DNA from: a virus | Lineage: Duplodnaviria; Caudoviricetes | IMG/VR virus record: IMGVR_UViG_3300030620_000112 | Location: 1 to 60,404 of that record | Direction: 5' to 3' (one strand) | DNA length: 60,404 bases | Shown here: piece after piece, positions 9,299 to 18,614 of the stretch | Position numbering within the stretch: position 1 is the stretch's first letter | How the letters are laid out: the number at the start of each line of letters is the position of its first letter | Notes under the pieces: model-generated | What the model saw: only the letters and a program-made list of their open reading frames with translations | The model's database searches: none | Told to the model about the DNA's origin: nothing | Position numbers and translations under genes: made by a program

Positions 9299-9384
9299 AA
9301 ATCGCCTGTAACGGCCGCGACCTCCGCCCCATATGCCGGCCTTCCGACGCGCCGAACACGGCTCAGACACGATCTGGGCGCGAT
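9299..9384 (+). repeat. dispersed ~85-bp intergenic element, copy A
   Basis: ATCGCCT(9301)..AACGGCCGC..CCCATAT..CTCAG..GATCTGGGCGCGA(9371). Confidence 0.75.
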
Positions 9385-9401
9385 TGAGGCTGACTCGGGC
9401 G

Positions 9402-10208
9402 CTAGTTGGCTGACCGGGACTGCAGGATGGCGACCAACTGGGCTGCGGGGTTCTTCCCCAGCGCCGTCCGGATCAGGCTGGCCTCCGCCCCGGTGAAGGT
9501 CAGCGACAGCCGGTAGATCCCGGTCGCCTCACGCCGGATCGCCTCCCGCTCCGCCGGAGATGCTGCCGCAGCCAACTGGCTCTCCCGCTCACGCAGGGCA
9601 GTCAAGGCGGCCGGTGTCGCAGCCGTCATGGTCTGTTCCCCGCGCGACCCGGTGAACTCCGATGCCTCGGTCGTCGTCCGCTCATCGAGCCTGCCGCTGG
9701 CTGGCTCCCATGCCTCCGAGAACTCGTCGCCGGCCTGCAACTGCGGCGCAGGGATGTCGTCCAAGATCCGCTCGAGGTCACGGTCCGACAGGATCAGGCT
9801 GTCCGCCGCCCACTCGAGCGCCCCCAACTTCTCCAAGTCCCGGAAGATCGCCGCCGTCAACTCGACGTCCTCCTCCCCACGCGCCCGGTTGTGACGCAGC
9901 GTGGCGATCCGCGCCTGCTCCGGAGACATGTCGACGAACGCCACGGGCACCGTCTCCATCCCCATGTGTGACGCAGCCCGCCAACGATGCTCACCGTCCA
10001 CGATCGTCCGGGACGAACGGATCGCGATGATCGGCTGGGTGAACCCGTCCTCCTCGATCGACTTGACCAGCATCTCGAAGTGCCGGTCGTCCTGACGGTT
10101 CGGGTTGTAGTCGTTCGCGTTGATCGAATCGATCGGCACGTACTCGATCGACAGCCGCTCGAGCGACTTCGCCGTCTTGGCGACCTTCCTGCTGCCCTTG
10201 TCAGCCAT
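9402..10208 (-). CDS. ParB/Srx N-terminal domain protein (IbrB-like), paralog 2
   Basis: NDYNPN, L..SI.EDGFTQPI, IVDGEHRW, ATLRHNRARG. Confidence 0.85.
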   Translation of the reverse strand: MADKGSRKVAKTAKSLERLSIEYVPIDSINANDYNPNRQDDRHFEMLVKSIEEDGFTQPIIAIRSSRTIVDGEHRWRAASHMGMETVPVAFVDMSPEQARIATLRHNRARGEEDVELTAAIFRDLEKLGALEWAADSLILSDRDLERILDDIPAPQLQAGDEFSEAWEPASGRLDERTTTEASEFTGSRGEQTMTAATPAALTALRERESQLAAAASPAEREAIRREATGIYRLSLTFTGAEASLIRTALGKNPAAQLVAILQSRSAN

Positions 10209-10884
10209 CCTGCCTCTCCGGTTGTCCTGCGCCGCCCTCGACGAGCCGGTCGATGGTCACCGCCATCCGGCGGGGGTTCAACTCCATCCCGACGAACGTC
10301 CTTCCTGCCGCGTGTGCGGACACCGCAGTCAATCCACGACCCGCACAAGGGTCGAACCACGTCGCCGCATCGACATCCCCGATCACCGCAGCCGGCGTGT
10401 CCTCGTCATCCAGCCCGGTCAGGTCCAACACGGGCGCGGGCCCGAACGAACCGAGCAGACACGGCTGCTTGCGGTAGTAGGTGATCTGCCACTGTTGAGC
10501 AAGCGGATGGCCGTGTGCCTCGCAAGCCTCCACCATCACGTCGTACGGGCCACCCTCCGCCCGGCCCACCACCGTCCCCTCGATGAACCAAGGGCCGGTG
10601 GGGCACACGACCGCGAGCGTCGAGGTCAGGTCGTAGCAGAACTGACGCCACCGCTCGGCGGGGCTTCCGGCCGCCTTGGGCAGGCTGGCCTTGGTGCGGA
10701 ACGACGCCTCGTTGCCAGAGTTCCACGGCGGGTCGACGTACACCGCGTCAGCCGCGAACGGGAACCGTCCGGCGTCAGTGTCGTGCAGGTCGTCGCACAG
10801 CAGCCGGTGTGGACCGACCGACCACAGGTCGCCGGGCCGGACTTCCCATCGGTCGCCCGCATCGCCGTACGACCAGTCAGCCAC
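10201..10884 (-). CDS. N6-adenine/N4-cytosine-type DNA methyltransferase (beta-like motif order)
   Basis: GDLW..G.HRLLC.D; catalytic YVDPPW precedes SAM motif FDPCAGRG...GMEL; GTG10884 overlaps upstream stop. Confidence 0.75.
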   Translation of the reverse strand: MADWSYGDAGDRWEVRPGDLWSVGPHRLLCDDLHDTDAGRFPFAADAVYVDPPWNSGNEASFRTKASLPKAAGSPAERWRQFCYDLTSTLAVVCPTGPWFIEGTVVGRAEGGPYDVMVEACEAHGHPLAQQWQITYYRKQPCLLGSFGPAPVLDLTGLDDEDTPAAVIGDVDAATWFDPCAGRGLTAVSAHAAGRTFVGMELNPRRMAVTIDRLVEGGAGQPERQDG

Positions 10885-11596
10885 GCGACCACTCGGAAAG
10901 GATCGTGATGAGCGCTTCTGCGGGACGACGCCCAAGAGCCTGCTTGACAAGGGTGGCCTCCTCGCCATGGAAGGACAGTTCAAGTCGGAACATCCCGGCC
11001 GCCTCCTGCTGCGACTGCGCCCAGTCGGCCTCGGTCTGGCCTGACGCCAACTTCGCCTCCAACTCGCGCTGCGCCTGCAACGCTGCCGCGGACAGGGCCG
11101 AGTCCACCGTGGCGCCATCCTCCGACGAACCGATCGACTCGGTCTCGTCGAGGAACGCGACCTCGCGCAGCATCGCGTCCAACTCGACCTGATCCAGTTT
11201 CAACTCGTCCACCGCCCAGTCCACTGCCCCCAACCTCTCGAGGTCACGAAGCACCGCAGCCGCCATCAGGTAGTCCTCCTCCCCACGGGCCCGGTTGTGA
11301 CGCAACGTGGCGATCCGGGCCTGCTCGGGAGTCATGTCGACGAACACGACTGGGACCTCGGTGATCCCCAACTCGTTTGCTGCGAGCCACCGGTGCTCGC
11401 CGTCGACGATCTGGTTCGACTCGCGCAGCACCACGATCGGCTGGGTGAACCCGTCGGTCCGCATCGACCGCAGCAGCAGGTCGAAGTGGTGCGGGTCCTG
11501 CCGGTTGTTGTTGTATTCGTTGGGTTGCACCGAATCGGTCGGCACGTATTCGACGGTCAACTTCTCGAGCGTCGCGAGGTTCTTCTCAACAGCCAT
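10877..11596 (-). CDS. ParB/Srx N-terminal domain protein (IbrB-like), paralog 1
   Basis: PNEYN.N, DGFTQPI, IVDGEHRW, ATLRHNRARG; RBS gaggaag. Confidence 0.85.
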   Translation of the reverse strand: MAVEKNLATLEKLTVEYVPTDSVQPNEYNNNRQDPHHFDLLLRSMRTDGFTQPIVVLRESNQIVDGEHRWLAANELGITEVPVVFVDMTPEQARIATLRHNRARGEEDYLMAAAVLRDLERLGAVDWAVDELKLDQVELDAMLREVAFLDETESIGSSEDGATVDSALSAAALQAQRELEAKLASGQTEADWAQSQQEAAGMFRLELSFHGEEATLVKQALGRRPAEALITILSEWSRG

Positions 11597-11606
11597 CAGG
11601 GCTTCC

Positions 11607-12884
11607 TCACCATGTTGGAGGGCCGTTCCAGTTCCCGGCCCCTTCACGGAAGAACTCGGGCTCCACTGCCGCACCGGCCAACTGGCCCTTCATCCCGAAC
11701 GGGTCGCCGTTGTAGTAGTTCTTGGCGATGTTCGCCCACGACGAGTGGTAGCCAAGGCACTGGGCGCACGATGCCGAGTCCGGTAGTGGATGTGACGAGT
11801 GGTGTGCGTGACGTGACAGGGCACGATCCACGATCAGCCGGACCCGCTCGTACAGCCACGCCGGCACCTTGTCGGGGTCGAGCATCTCCCGCTCGACCGC
11901 CTGCTGCCATGTTTCCCCGTCACGCTTCAACAGCGACACGGCCCGCTTCCCGAACTTGGCTGCCGTCCGTAGCCCTTCGATCCTGTTGCACACCTTCGAC
12001 CACCACTGCGGCCACGCCTGCGACGCCATCTTCAACTTTCCGATCGACGCAGCGTTCAACGTCGGTGGACCGACCCGCTGGTCCTTCGCCGCAATCCCCA
12101 TCCGTGCCATCACGTCGTAGGAGTGGTTGTAGTCGAGGTCGTGCTCCTTGATGAACCGCCACACGTCCGAGGTGGTCCAGTCGTAGATCGGCCGGCACTT
12201 GTAGCCGCCCCACTCGGTCGGCGCCTTGGTGATGTAGCCCTCGGACGACAGCAGCCCCATGTAGCGGGCCCGAGACTCCTCGACCCGCAATCCCATGCAG
12301 GTCATCAACCGTGCCCGCGGAGTGTCACGCCCCTCCTCCGTCCTGATCCGCTTGAGGATCTCGTCGCGCGTCAGGTCGTCCCAGTCGTCCCAGCCGACCA
12401 GCCCACCCAACGGCAGCGTGTCCACCGACGAGATGTAACCGATGTGCTGGGCAGGAACCCGGAACGCCTCGAGCCCCGGCAGTTGCGGCTCGTCCCCGTG
12501 ACCCGGATACGACCGCACCCACCGATCCTCGCACAGTGGATCGAACGTCCACCAGTACGGCTCGAACCGGTTGAACGCGTTCACGATCGGCTGCCCGGCG
12601 ATCATCCACTGGAACCTGACCTCGTCGGTCCGTTCGGCCACCCGCCGCAGATACTCGAATGTCCCCGGATACATCACCTCCTCGTCCCGCATCACCACGT
12701 CCACCGGTAGCCGGCCGGCGTCACGGGCAGCGAGGATTGCCATCTCCATCACGCAGGTCGAGTCCTTGCCCCCCGAGATCGACACGCCGATCCGATCGCC
12801 CCGCTCGTACAGCGTGAACAACCGGTCGTAGGCGGCCGTGAACACGTCCAGACCCATCGGCCGCCGAGACTTGCTGCCGCTCAC
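11607..12884 (-). CDS. PAPS-reductase/PP-loop family protein (IbrA/DUF3440-like)
   Basis: SISGGKDS PP-loop, RDEE, GLR.EES..R, PIYDW...DVW, YN..YD, QRVGPP. Confidence 0.85.
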   Translation of the reverse strand: MSGSKSRRPMGLDVFTAAYDRLFTLYERGDRIGVSISGGKDSTCVMEMAILAARDAGRLPVDVVMRDEEVMYPGTFEYLRRVAERTDEVRFQWMIAGQPIVNAFNRFEPYWWTFDPLCEDRWVRSYPGHGDEPQLPGLEAFRVPAQHIGYISSVDTLPLGGLVGWDDWDDLTRDEILKRIRTEEGRDTPRARLMTCMGLRVEESRARYMGLLSSEGYITKAPTEWGGYKCRPIYDWTTSDVWRFIKEHDLDYNHSYDVMARMGIAAKDQRVGPPTLNAASIGKLKMASQAWPQWWSKVCNRIEGLRTAAKFGKRAVSLLKRDGETWQQAVEREMLDPDKVPAWLYERVRLIVDRALSRHAHHSSHPLPDSASCAQCLGYHSSWANIAKNYYNGDPFGMKGQLAGAAVEPEFFREGAGNWNGPPTW

Positions 12885-13501
12885 ACCCACTCCGACCACA
12901 GGTAATCGGCCGGCCCATCCTCAGACACCAGACCCCCCTCGAAGAACGCACAGACGCGATCTGGAAGCGATCCTGCCCCCTCCCACGCGGCCGCCTCCAC
13001 GTCCTCGAGCGTCCACGGCACCGTGAACCCCTTGACATCAGGGTCGACGGCGGTGCCCGGGGCCGTCCGATGCAGCGTCACCAGCCTGCCGCACCCCGAC
13101 TCCCTGAACCGCCGGAAGAACCCGACCAGATCCTCGCCGTCAAGATGGTTGACCACCGACCACAAGCACACCGCCAACACCCCCGGTTCACCCGCGGGCC
13201 ACGGCTCCAACGCATCCGCGACCATCAACGACCTGCCCGGATGCTTGGACAACGCACGACCCACCATCCCCGACGACAGGTCGAACCCGTGATACCGATG
13301 CCCGTTCAACGACCCCGAATCCAACAGCCACCCAGTCCCACATCCCACATCCAACACCGCCCCAAACCCGTCAAGCAGCGGGCCCAGCAACCCCAACACC
13401 AGCCGGTCCTCCCCAACCGTCGCCACCCGCCCCGCATAATCAAGGTCATACGACGCAGCCCACAAGTCATACGACGCAGCCACCCGACGACGATCAACCA
13501 T
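12881..13501 (-). CDS. class I SAM-dependent methyltransferase
   Basis: YD.WA.SYD, VLDVGCGTG, GFDLS.GM. Confidence 0.8.
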   Translation of the reverse strand: MVDRRRVAASYDLWAASYDLDYAGRVATVGEDRLVLGLLGPLLDGFGAVLDVGCGTGWLLDSGSLNGHRYHGFDLSSGMVGRALSKHPGRSLMVADALEPWPAGEPGVLAVCLWSVVNHLDGEDLVGFFRRFRESGCGRLVTLHRTAPGTAVDPDVKGFTVPWTLEDVEAAAWEGAGSLPDRVCAFFEGGLVSEDGPADYLWSEWV

Positions 13502-13580
13502 GACCACAAACCTACCCGCCCACCCCAACCACCCACCGCTACCCTCCGATGGACCCGACACCCCATGGAGCGCCAACCAC

Positions 13581-14078
13581 ATGACCGAAGGCGTCCGAGG
13601 AGCCGGCCCCCAGACAACCCGAGCGACCTATAGCCCCGAGGGGATGCTGCAAGGAGCCCACGGCCGGCAGGTGTTCGACGACGATGTGGGCTACCTGCGT
13701 TGCACGGCCGACTCAAAGCAGACCGGGGATCGTTGCAAGCGGCGTATCGCGGCAGGGTTCATCACCTGTGTGATGCACGGGTCTGGGACGAGGGCGGCGA
13801 TCAGAGCTGCCCGGCTGCGGCTGGTGTCGCTGCTCGAGCCGGCGTTGGCGCAGCACGCTCGCATCCTTGCCCGGTCTGACGTGTCGGACAATGATCGGCT
13901 TCGCGCGATCCAGATGGTGTATGACCGGGTTGGCCTTCCTCCGGGTATCGAGGTCACCTTCGAGGACGCACGGGAGATGCTGCACGACCGGGTTGAGGAA
14001 CTACTGACGAAGCGGGATGGTGGCGAGACGGCACGGCTGCCTGCGATGGCGCGTCCGCCGGCAGCCTCGGTCAACTGA
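13581..14078 (+). CDS. putative terminase small subunit
   Basis: RC.A.SK.TG.RC.......C.MHG zinc-finger motif; directly upstream of TerL; start uncertain. Confidence 0.6.
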   Translation: MTEGVRGAGPQTTRATYSPEGMLQGAHGRQVFDDDVGYLRCTADSKQTGDRCKRRIAAGFITCVMHGSGTRAAIRAARLRLVSLLEPALAQHARILARSDVSDNDRLRAIQMVYDRVGLPPGIEVTFEDAREMLHDRVEELLTKRDGGETARLPAMARPPAASVN

Positions 14079-14084
14079 CCTGCG

Positions 14085-17000
14085 ATGGTTCGGACCCGGC
14101 TCGACGAGGATGTGCTGGGCGGCACGGCTGTCGATGATGTCCGGCAGATGCTCGACACTTTGACGGATGACGAGATCCACGACCTGCTGGACTCGGCGTC
14201 CCCGAAGGAACTGCTGCTGATCGAGGCTGCGCTGGCCGACCCCACCGCCGGCCTCGATCGGTACTGGCATGACCCGATGGGGCTGCTGGACGTGGTCCTT
14301 GACTGGGGTGGTGACCGTCCCACCGACTACCAGATCGAATGCCTGCGCCGACTGGCCACCAACAAGCGCCTCGCTGTCCGAGGACCCCACGGATTGGGGA
14401 AGGATCTGGACGTCGACACGCGGCTGCCGACCCCGGACGGGTGGACGACGATGGGCGACGTCGGAGCCGGCGACGTTCTCCTCGATGAGAATGGGGTCGC
14501 GACACGGGTCGTGTATGCCGAGACGCCTCGCGTCCGTAGAGCCTTCCGGGTCACCTTCGCGGATGGGACATCGGTGGTGGCAGGCGCCGGTCACCTCTGG
14601 TCTGCGGTCGACGTCAACAACCGACCCAAGCAGAGCAGGCACGACGCCGCTGGACGCCGACAGAGCATCCCTGTAGACGACTGGCGTGACCATTGGGATG
14701 CCTGCCGTATCCGCGAGACGCGGGAACTGGCCGAGACGCTCCGCACCCGCGGGGGACAGTTGAGGTGGAGAGTCCCGACCTGCAGGCCGCTGGATCTGAA
14801 ACCTGTCGACCTGCCGATTGACCCGTACCTACTTGGCCTCTGGCTAGGAGACGGCACGACCACGTCCGGGCGCATCACGATGTCCGAGAGCGACTACGAC
14901 GGGATCGCCGACAGGATCGGCCCTCACAGGCCCTACAAGCAGCGAACCAACCGGACCGGGGACTTTCTCCCGACAGGACTACAGGCTGCACTACGCGAAA
15001 CGGGGCTGCTCGGACACAAGCACATCCCGGACGTCTATCTCAGGTCGTCGATCGAACAGCGCCGAGAACTTGTCCGCGGCCTCTGGGACTCCGACGGCTA
15101 CCGCCAAGATGGTGGGTCGGACGAGTTGACCACGACCGATCCGCTGCTGCGCGACGGGATCGTCGAGTTGCTGCACACCCTCGGCCTGTCGGTTCGGGTG
15201 TCCGAGTCGCGAGCGAAACTGTATGGGCGAGACTGCGGGCCACGCTGGCGTATCGGCGTCCGGTTTGACTTCGACCCCTATCACCTCCCCCGCTACGACT
15301 GGACTCCTCGAGGCGGTCAGGCTTCTCGGCACACCCAACGCACGATCGTTGCGGTCGAGCCGGTTGGGGACCGCTGGACCCGTTGTATCGCTGTCGACTC
15401 ACCGAGGCGCCTGTTTCTCGCAAGTGATGCGATGATCCCTACCCACAACACTTCGATCGCCTCATGGACGATCCTGTGGTTCGCGATCACCCGTGAAGCG
15501 GCACGGATCGACTGGAAGATTCTCACGACCGCATCGGTGTACCGGCAGCTGTCGCACTTCCTGTGGCCCGAGGTCCACAAGTGGGCTCGCCGCATCCGCT
15601 GGGCCGAGATCGGCCGGCGCCCGTGGGCGGCGACGGAACTCCTGCAGGCCGGACTCAACCTCGCCTACGGCACCGCCATCCCCATCGCCTCGTCCGACCC
15701 GGCCAAGGCCGAGGGGGCGCACGCCCGCCAACTGCTGTTCGTCTACGACGAGGCCAAGGCGATCCCCCCGGAGATGTTCGACGCGACGGAGGGGGCGTTC
15801 TCGGGCGAGAAGATGGAAGGGTCGGAGGCGTACGCGCTGGCCATCTCTACCCCCGGCGACCCGATCGGACGGTTCTACGACATCCACCGGTCCAAGCCCG
15901 GCTACGAAGACTGGGACGTCCGTCACGTCACCCTCGAGGAGGCGATCGACGCCGGCCGCATCTCCCCAGCGTGGGTCGTCCAGCGCAAGCGGCAGTGGGG
16001 CGAGACCTCCGCCCTGTTCATCAACAGGGTCCTCGGCGACTTCGCCGATGCATCGGAAGACACGGCGATCCCGCTGCGCTGGGTCGAGGCAGCCGTCGAA
16101 CGATGGGAGGAACGACGGGCCCGCGCAGCCGTCCGCGAATGGGACTTCGGCCCCATGACCTGCGTCGGCATCGACGTCGCCTACTGCGTGGATGAACAGA
16201 CCGAGGCGTTGACCTCGGCAGGATGGAAGCGGCATGACCAACTCGTCGATGGCGAGCCGATCCTGACGTTGAATCACCACACGGGGTTGGCCGAATGGCA
16301 GCCGCTCACTTCGGTCCATCGGTTTGCCGGAGTCCCGGAGCGCCGGATGCTTTCGATCGAGCAGCATGGGCACTCGTCGTTGACCACGCTCAACCATCGT
16401 TGGCCTGTGATCGGTGAGTACGGCCGGTCTAAGTATCGGGAGCGACGCTGGACCACGTCGGGGCGACTGCAGTTCCGGGAGCAGATCATCCGTACGGCCC
16501 CGGTCATCAACCTGCCAGAGACCCCCAAGTTCTCCGATGCGCTGGTCGAGTTGGTCGCGTGGTTCTACACCGAGGGCAACGTGCCGCGGCTGCGCTCTGG
16601 CGACCTCGCAGCAGGGGCGGTTCTCTACCAGTCCGAGCGGGCCAACCCCGCCTATTGTGATCGGATTCGTGCGTGTCTGACGACCCTGTTTGGCCCCGCG
16701 GTCGAGACGATGCGCTCGCTGGATCGGCCGGCGTGGCGTGAGGCCTACTACTCGCCCCCCAAGCGTGAGTGGCACCTGAACAAGTGGGCGGCGGCCGTCG
16801 TGCGTGAGCACGCGCCGGGCTTCGACAAGATCGTGCGACCCGAGTTCATCGCGTCACTGACACGCGCTCAACTGCAACTGTTCGTCGACACCTCGATCGA
16901 CGCGGATGGGACTCGCGCCGGTCACGGGGTCGAGTTCTCTCAGAAGATCCCCGAGCGCCTTGACGCCCTGCAGATGGCGGTCACGCTCCTCGGGCAGACC

Positions 17001-17798
17001 GCGACAACCGGGGGTCGGGGATCCGGCGGGGTTCACCTGTTGTCGATCAGCACGTCGCCGCGGCATCGGGTTGCGGGGCTCATGCGGGCTCGTCGTCAAG
17101 TGGTTGCCCATGATGGGATGGTGTGGTGTCCCAAGACTCCGAACCGCTCGTGGATGGCACGCCGCAACGGCAAGACGTTCTTCACCGGTAACACCGGCGC
17201 GGACGACACGACTTTCGCGACCCGCCACGGCGACGCGATCCTGACCCTTGACCGTCGTCACGGGCTGGTGACCACCCAGACCACCCAGATCGCCCGGTCG
17301 CTGCTCGATGCGGCCGGCGAGGACGCCTACGCGATCGTCGACGTGATCGGCATCGGCGCCGGAGTCGTCGACCAACTGCGGCAGGCCGGCCACAAGGTCG
17401 GCGCGTTCAACGCCGGTGAACGAACCGACCGCACTGACGTGTCCGGCGAACTCGGGTTCCTGAACAAGCGTTCTGCGTCATGGTGGAGCCTCCGCGAACT
17501 CCTCGACCCGGATAGAGACGGCGGCTCCCAGATCGCACTTCCTCCCGATGACCTGCTCCTCGGCGAGTTGACTGCACCCGGCTGGACCGTGTCTGCCCGG
17601 GGCGACATCGTCATCGAGTCCAAGGACGAGGTGAAGCGTCGGCTGGGGCGATCGACTGACGCGGCCGACGCTGTTGTCATGGCGTTCTGGCCCGAAGCGC
17701 CGGTCCCCAAGATTGCGACCATCACTGCACCGACCGACTCCGCTGGTCTACTCTCGGGCGGCGGCGGGCTGGCGGCGCTCCGGCGTGGCGGCAGGTGA
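14085..17798 (+). CDS. terL: terminase large subunit with two inteins (mature ~552 aa)
   Basis: Walker A GPHGLGK|T, Walker B VYDEA, STP coupling motif, nuclease GIDVA and D.ADA. Confidence 0.9.
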   Translation: MVRTRLDEDVLGGTAVDDVRQMLDTLTDDEIHDLLDSASPKELLLIEAALADPTAGLDRYWHDPMGLLDVVLDWGGDRPTDYQIECLRRLATNKRLAVRGPHGLGKDLDVDTRLPTPDGWTTMGDVGAGDVLLDENGVATRVVYAETPRVRRAFRVTFADGTSVVAGAGHLWSAVDVNNRPKQSRHDAAGRRQSIPVDDWRDHWDACRIRETRELAETLRTRGGQLRWRVPTCRPLDLKPVDLPIDPYLLGLWLGDGTTTSGRITMSESDYDGIADRIGPHRPYKQRTNRTGDFLPTGLQAALRETGLLGHKHIPDVYLRSSIEQRRELVRGLWDSDGYRQDGGSDELTTTDPLLRDGIVELLHTLGLSVRVSESRAKLYGRDCGPRWRIGVRFDFDPYHLPRYDWTPRGGQASRHTQRTIVAVEPVGDRWTRCIAVDSPRRLFLASDAMIPTHNTSIASWTILWFAITREAARIDWKILTTASVYRQLSHFLWPEVHKWARRIRWAEIGRRPWAATELLQAGLNLAYGTAIPIASSDPAKAEGAHARQLLFVYDEAKAIPPEMFDATEGAFSGEKMEGSEAYALAISTPGDPIGRFYDIHRSKPGYEDWDVRHVTLEEAIDAGRISPAWVVQRKRQWGETSALFINRVLGDFADASEDTAIPLRWVEAAVERWEERRARAAVREWDFGPMTCVGIDVAYCVDEQTEALTSAGWKRHDQLVDGEPILTLNHHTGLAEWQPLTSVHRFAGVPERRMLSIEQHGHSSLTTLNHRWPVIGEYGRSKYRERRWTTSGRLQFREQIIRTAPVINLPETPKFSDALVELVAWFYTEGNVPRLRSGDLAAGAVLYQSERANPAYCDRIRACLTTLFGPAVETMRSLDRPAWREAYYSPPKREWHLNKWAAAVVREHAPGFDKIVRPEFIASLTRAQLQLFVDTSIDADGTRAGHGVEFSQKIPERLDALQMAVTLLGQTATTGGRGSGGVHLLSISTSPRHRVAGLMRARRQVVAHDGMVWCPKTPNRSWMARRNGKTFFTGNTGADDTTFATRHGDAILTLDRRHGLVTTQTTQIARSLLDAAGEDAYAIVDVIGIGAGVVDQLRQAGHKVGAFNAGERTDRTDVSGELGFLNKRSASWWSLRELLDPDRDGGSQIALPPDDLLLGELTAPGWTVSARGDIVIESKDEVKRRLGRSTDAADAVVMAFWPEAPVPKIATITAPTDSAGLLSGGGGLAALRRGGR
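14403..15449 (+). mobile_element. class 3-type intein with LAGLIDADG endonuclease in TerL P-loop (349 aa)
   Basis: Starts DLDVDTRLPTPDGW, block B GHLW, LVRGLWDSDG, block F TRCIAV, ends PTHN|T. Confidence 0.85.
16185..17192 (+). mobile_element. class 1 intein with LAGLIDADG-like domain in TerL nuclease domain (336 aa)
   Basis: Starts CVDEQTEALT..GW, block B TLNHRW, SIDADG, VWCP.T, ends FTGN|T. Confidence 0.85.
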
Positions 17799-17808
17799 CA
17801 GGAGCATC

Positions 17809-18090
17809 ATGCGTGATCTCGTGGTCCGTATCCGCGGCATCGACTCGATCCGGGGGCCGGCACGGCTGCTGATCGACGAGGCGACCGAGCGGGCGTGGGC
17901 GTTCACCGCGAAGGGTCCGCCGGTTGCGACGTTCACTCTGCGTAGGGGGGATGGTCCGCGTTCGGCGGGGCAGTCGCAGGACGGCAGTGTCATCTGGCGT
18001 CGCACGTCGGTCGGGTGCGGCTGGGGGATGGCCAAGTGCCGGGTCAAGACCTCCGAGTTGCAGGCGTACGTCACCGCTGATGTGACATGA
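17809..18090 (+). CDS. hypothetical protein
   Basis: RBS aggag then ATG17809. Confidence 0.55.
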   Translation: MRDLVVRIRGIDSIRGPARLLIDEATERAWAFTAKGPPVATFTLRRGDGPRSAGQSQDGSVIWRRTSVGCGWGMAKCRVKTSELQAYVTADVT

Positions 18091-18314
18091 TTCTGCGCTG
18101 CACCGCGCGCTGGTCGGGCGAGACCCCGTGGACGTACGGGGAACAGTCTGCCGAGTGCGACCAGTATGGCGGGGAGGACGACGATCACGATCAGAGGTTC
18201 GACCTCGCCGGCGGGAGCCTGATCCCGGTGCACACCGCCACCCTGCACATGGGAGACTCGTACGAAGTCGAGGTTTGGTGGACCGACGAGTCGCCGGACG
18301 CCAGTCATGGCTGA
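18087..18314 (+). CDS. hypothetical protein
   Basis: ATGA overlap. Confidence 0.5.
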   Translation: MILRCTARWSGETPWTYGEQSAECDQYGGEDDDHDQRFDLAGGSLIPVHTATLHMGDSYEVEVWWTDESPDASHG

Positions 18315-18612
18315 CGCGCTCGCGCTCGCACTGCTCATCGGCGCTGCCGGGTTCCGGTTGTGGCGGCTGGTCTGGTGGGACGATGTCCCGTGGATGCGGC
18401 TGCTCCACCGGCTACGTGCCGTCTGGGAGCACGCTGATGACGGGTGGCGTGCGACGCTGGCCACCTTCGTCGTCTGTGCGTGGTGTTTCGGCCTCGCCGT
18501 GACTGCGGTCGTGTGGGCGCTGACTTGGGGGCTGGCAGGGATGCCGCTGCCCGGCCTCGTGCTCCCCTCGGCCGCAGTCGTTACCGTTGGCCTTGACCGG
18601 CTGCTGGACTGA
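18307..18612 (+). CDS. membrane protein (DUF1360-like)
   Basis: FRLWRLV..D, C.WC, hydrophobic helices; lies upstream of portal. Confidence 0.65.
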   Translation: MADALALALLIGAAGFRLWRLVWWDDVPWMRLLHRLRAVWEHADDGWRATLATFVVCAWCFGLAVTAVVWALTWGLAGMPLPGLVLPSAAVVTVGLDRLLD

Positions 18613-18614
18613 CC

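Noticed and set aside
9402-11596. ParB genes as a plasmid-prophage ParABS partition system
   Set aside because: No ParA ATPase; they are IbrB-type proteins embedded among modification enzymes
11607-12884. cysH as an auxiliary sulfur-assimilation gene
   Set aside because: Length and motifs fit IbrA/DUF3440; no C-terminal ECGLH motif; context is DNA modification
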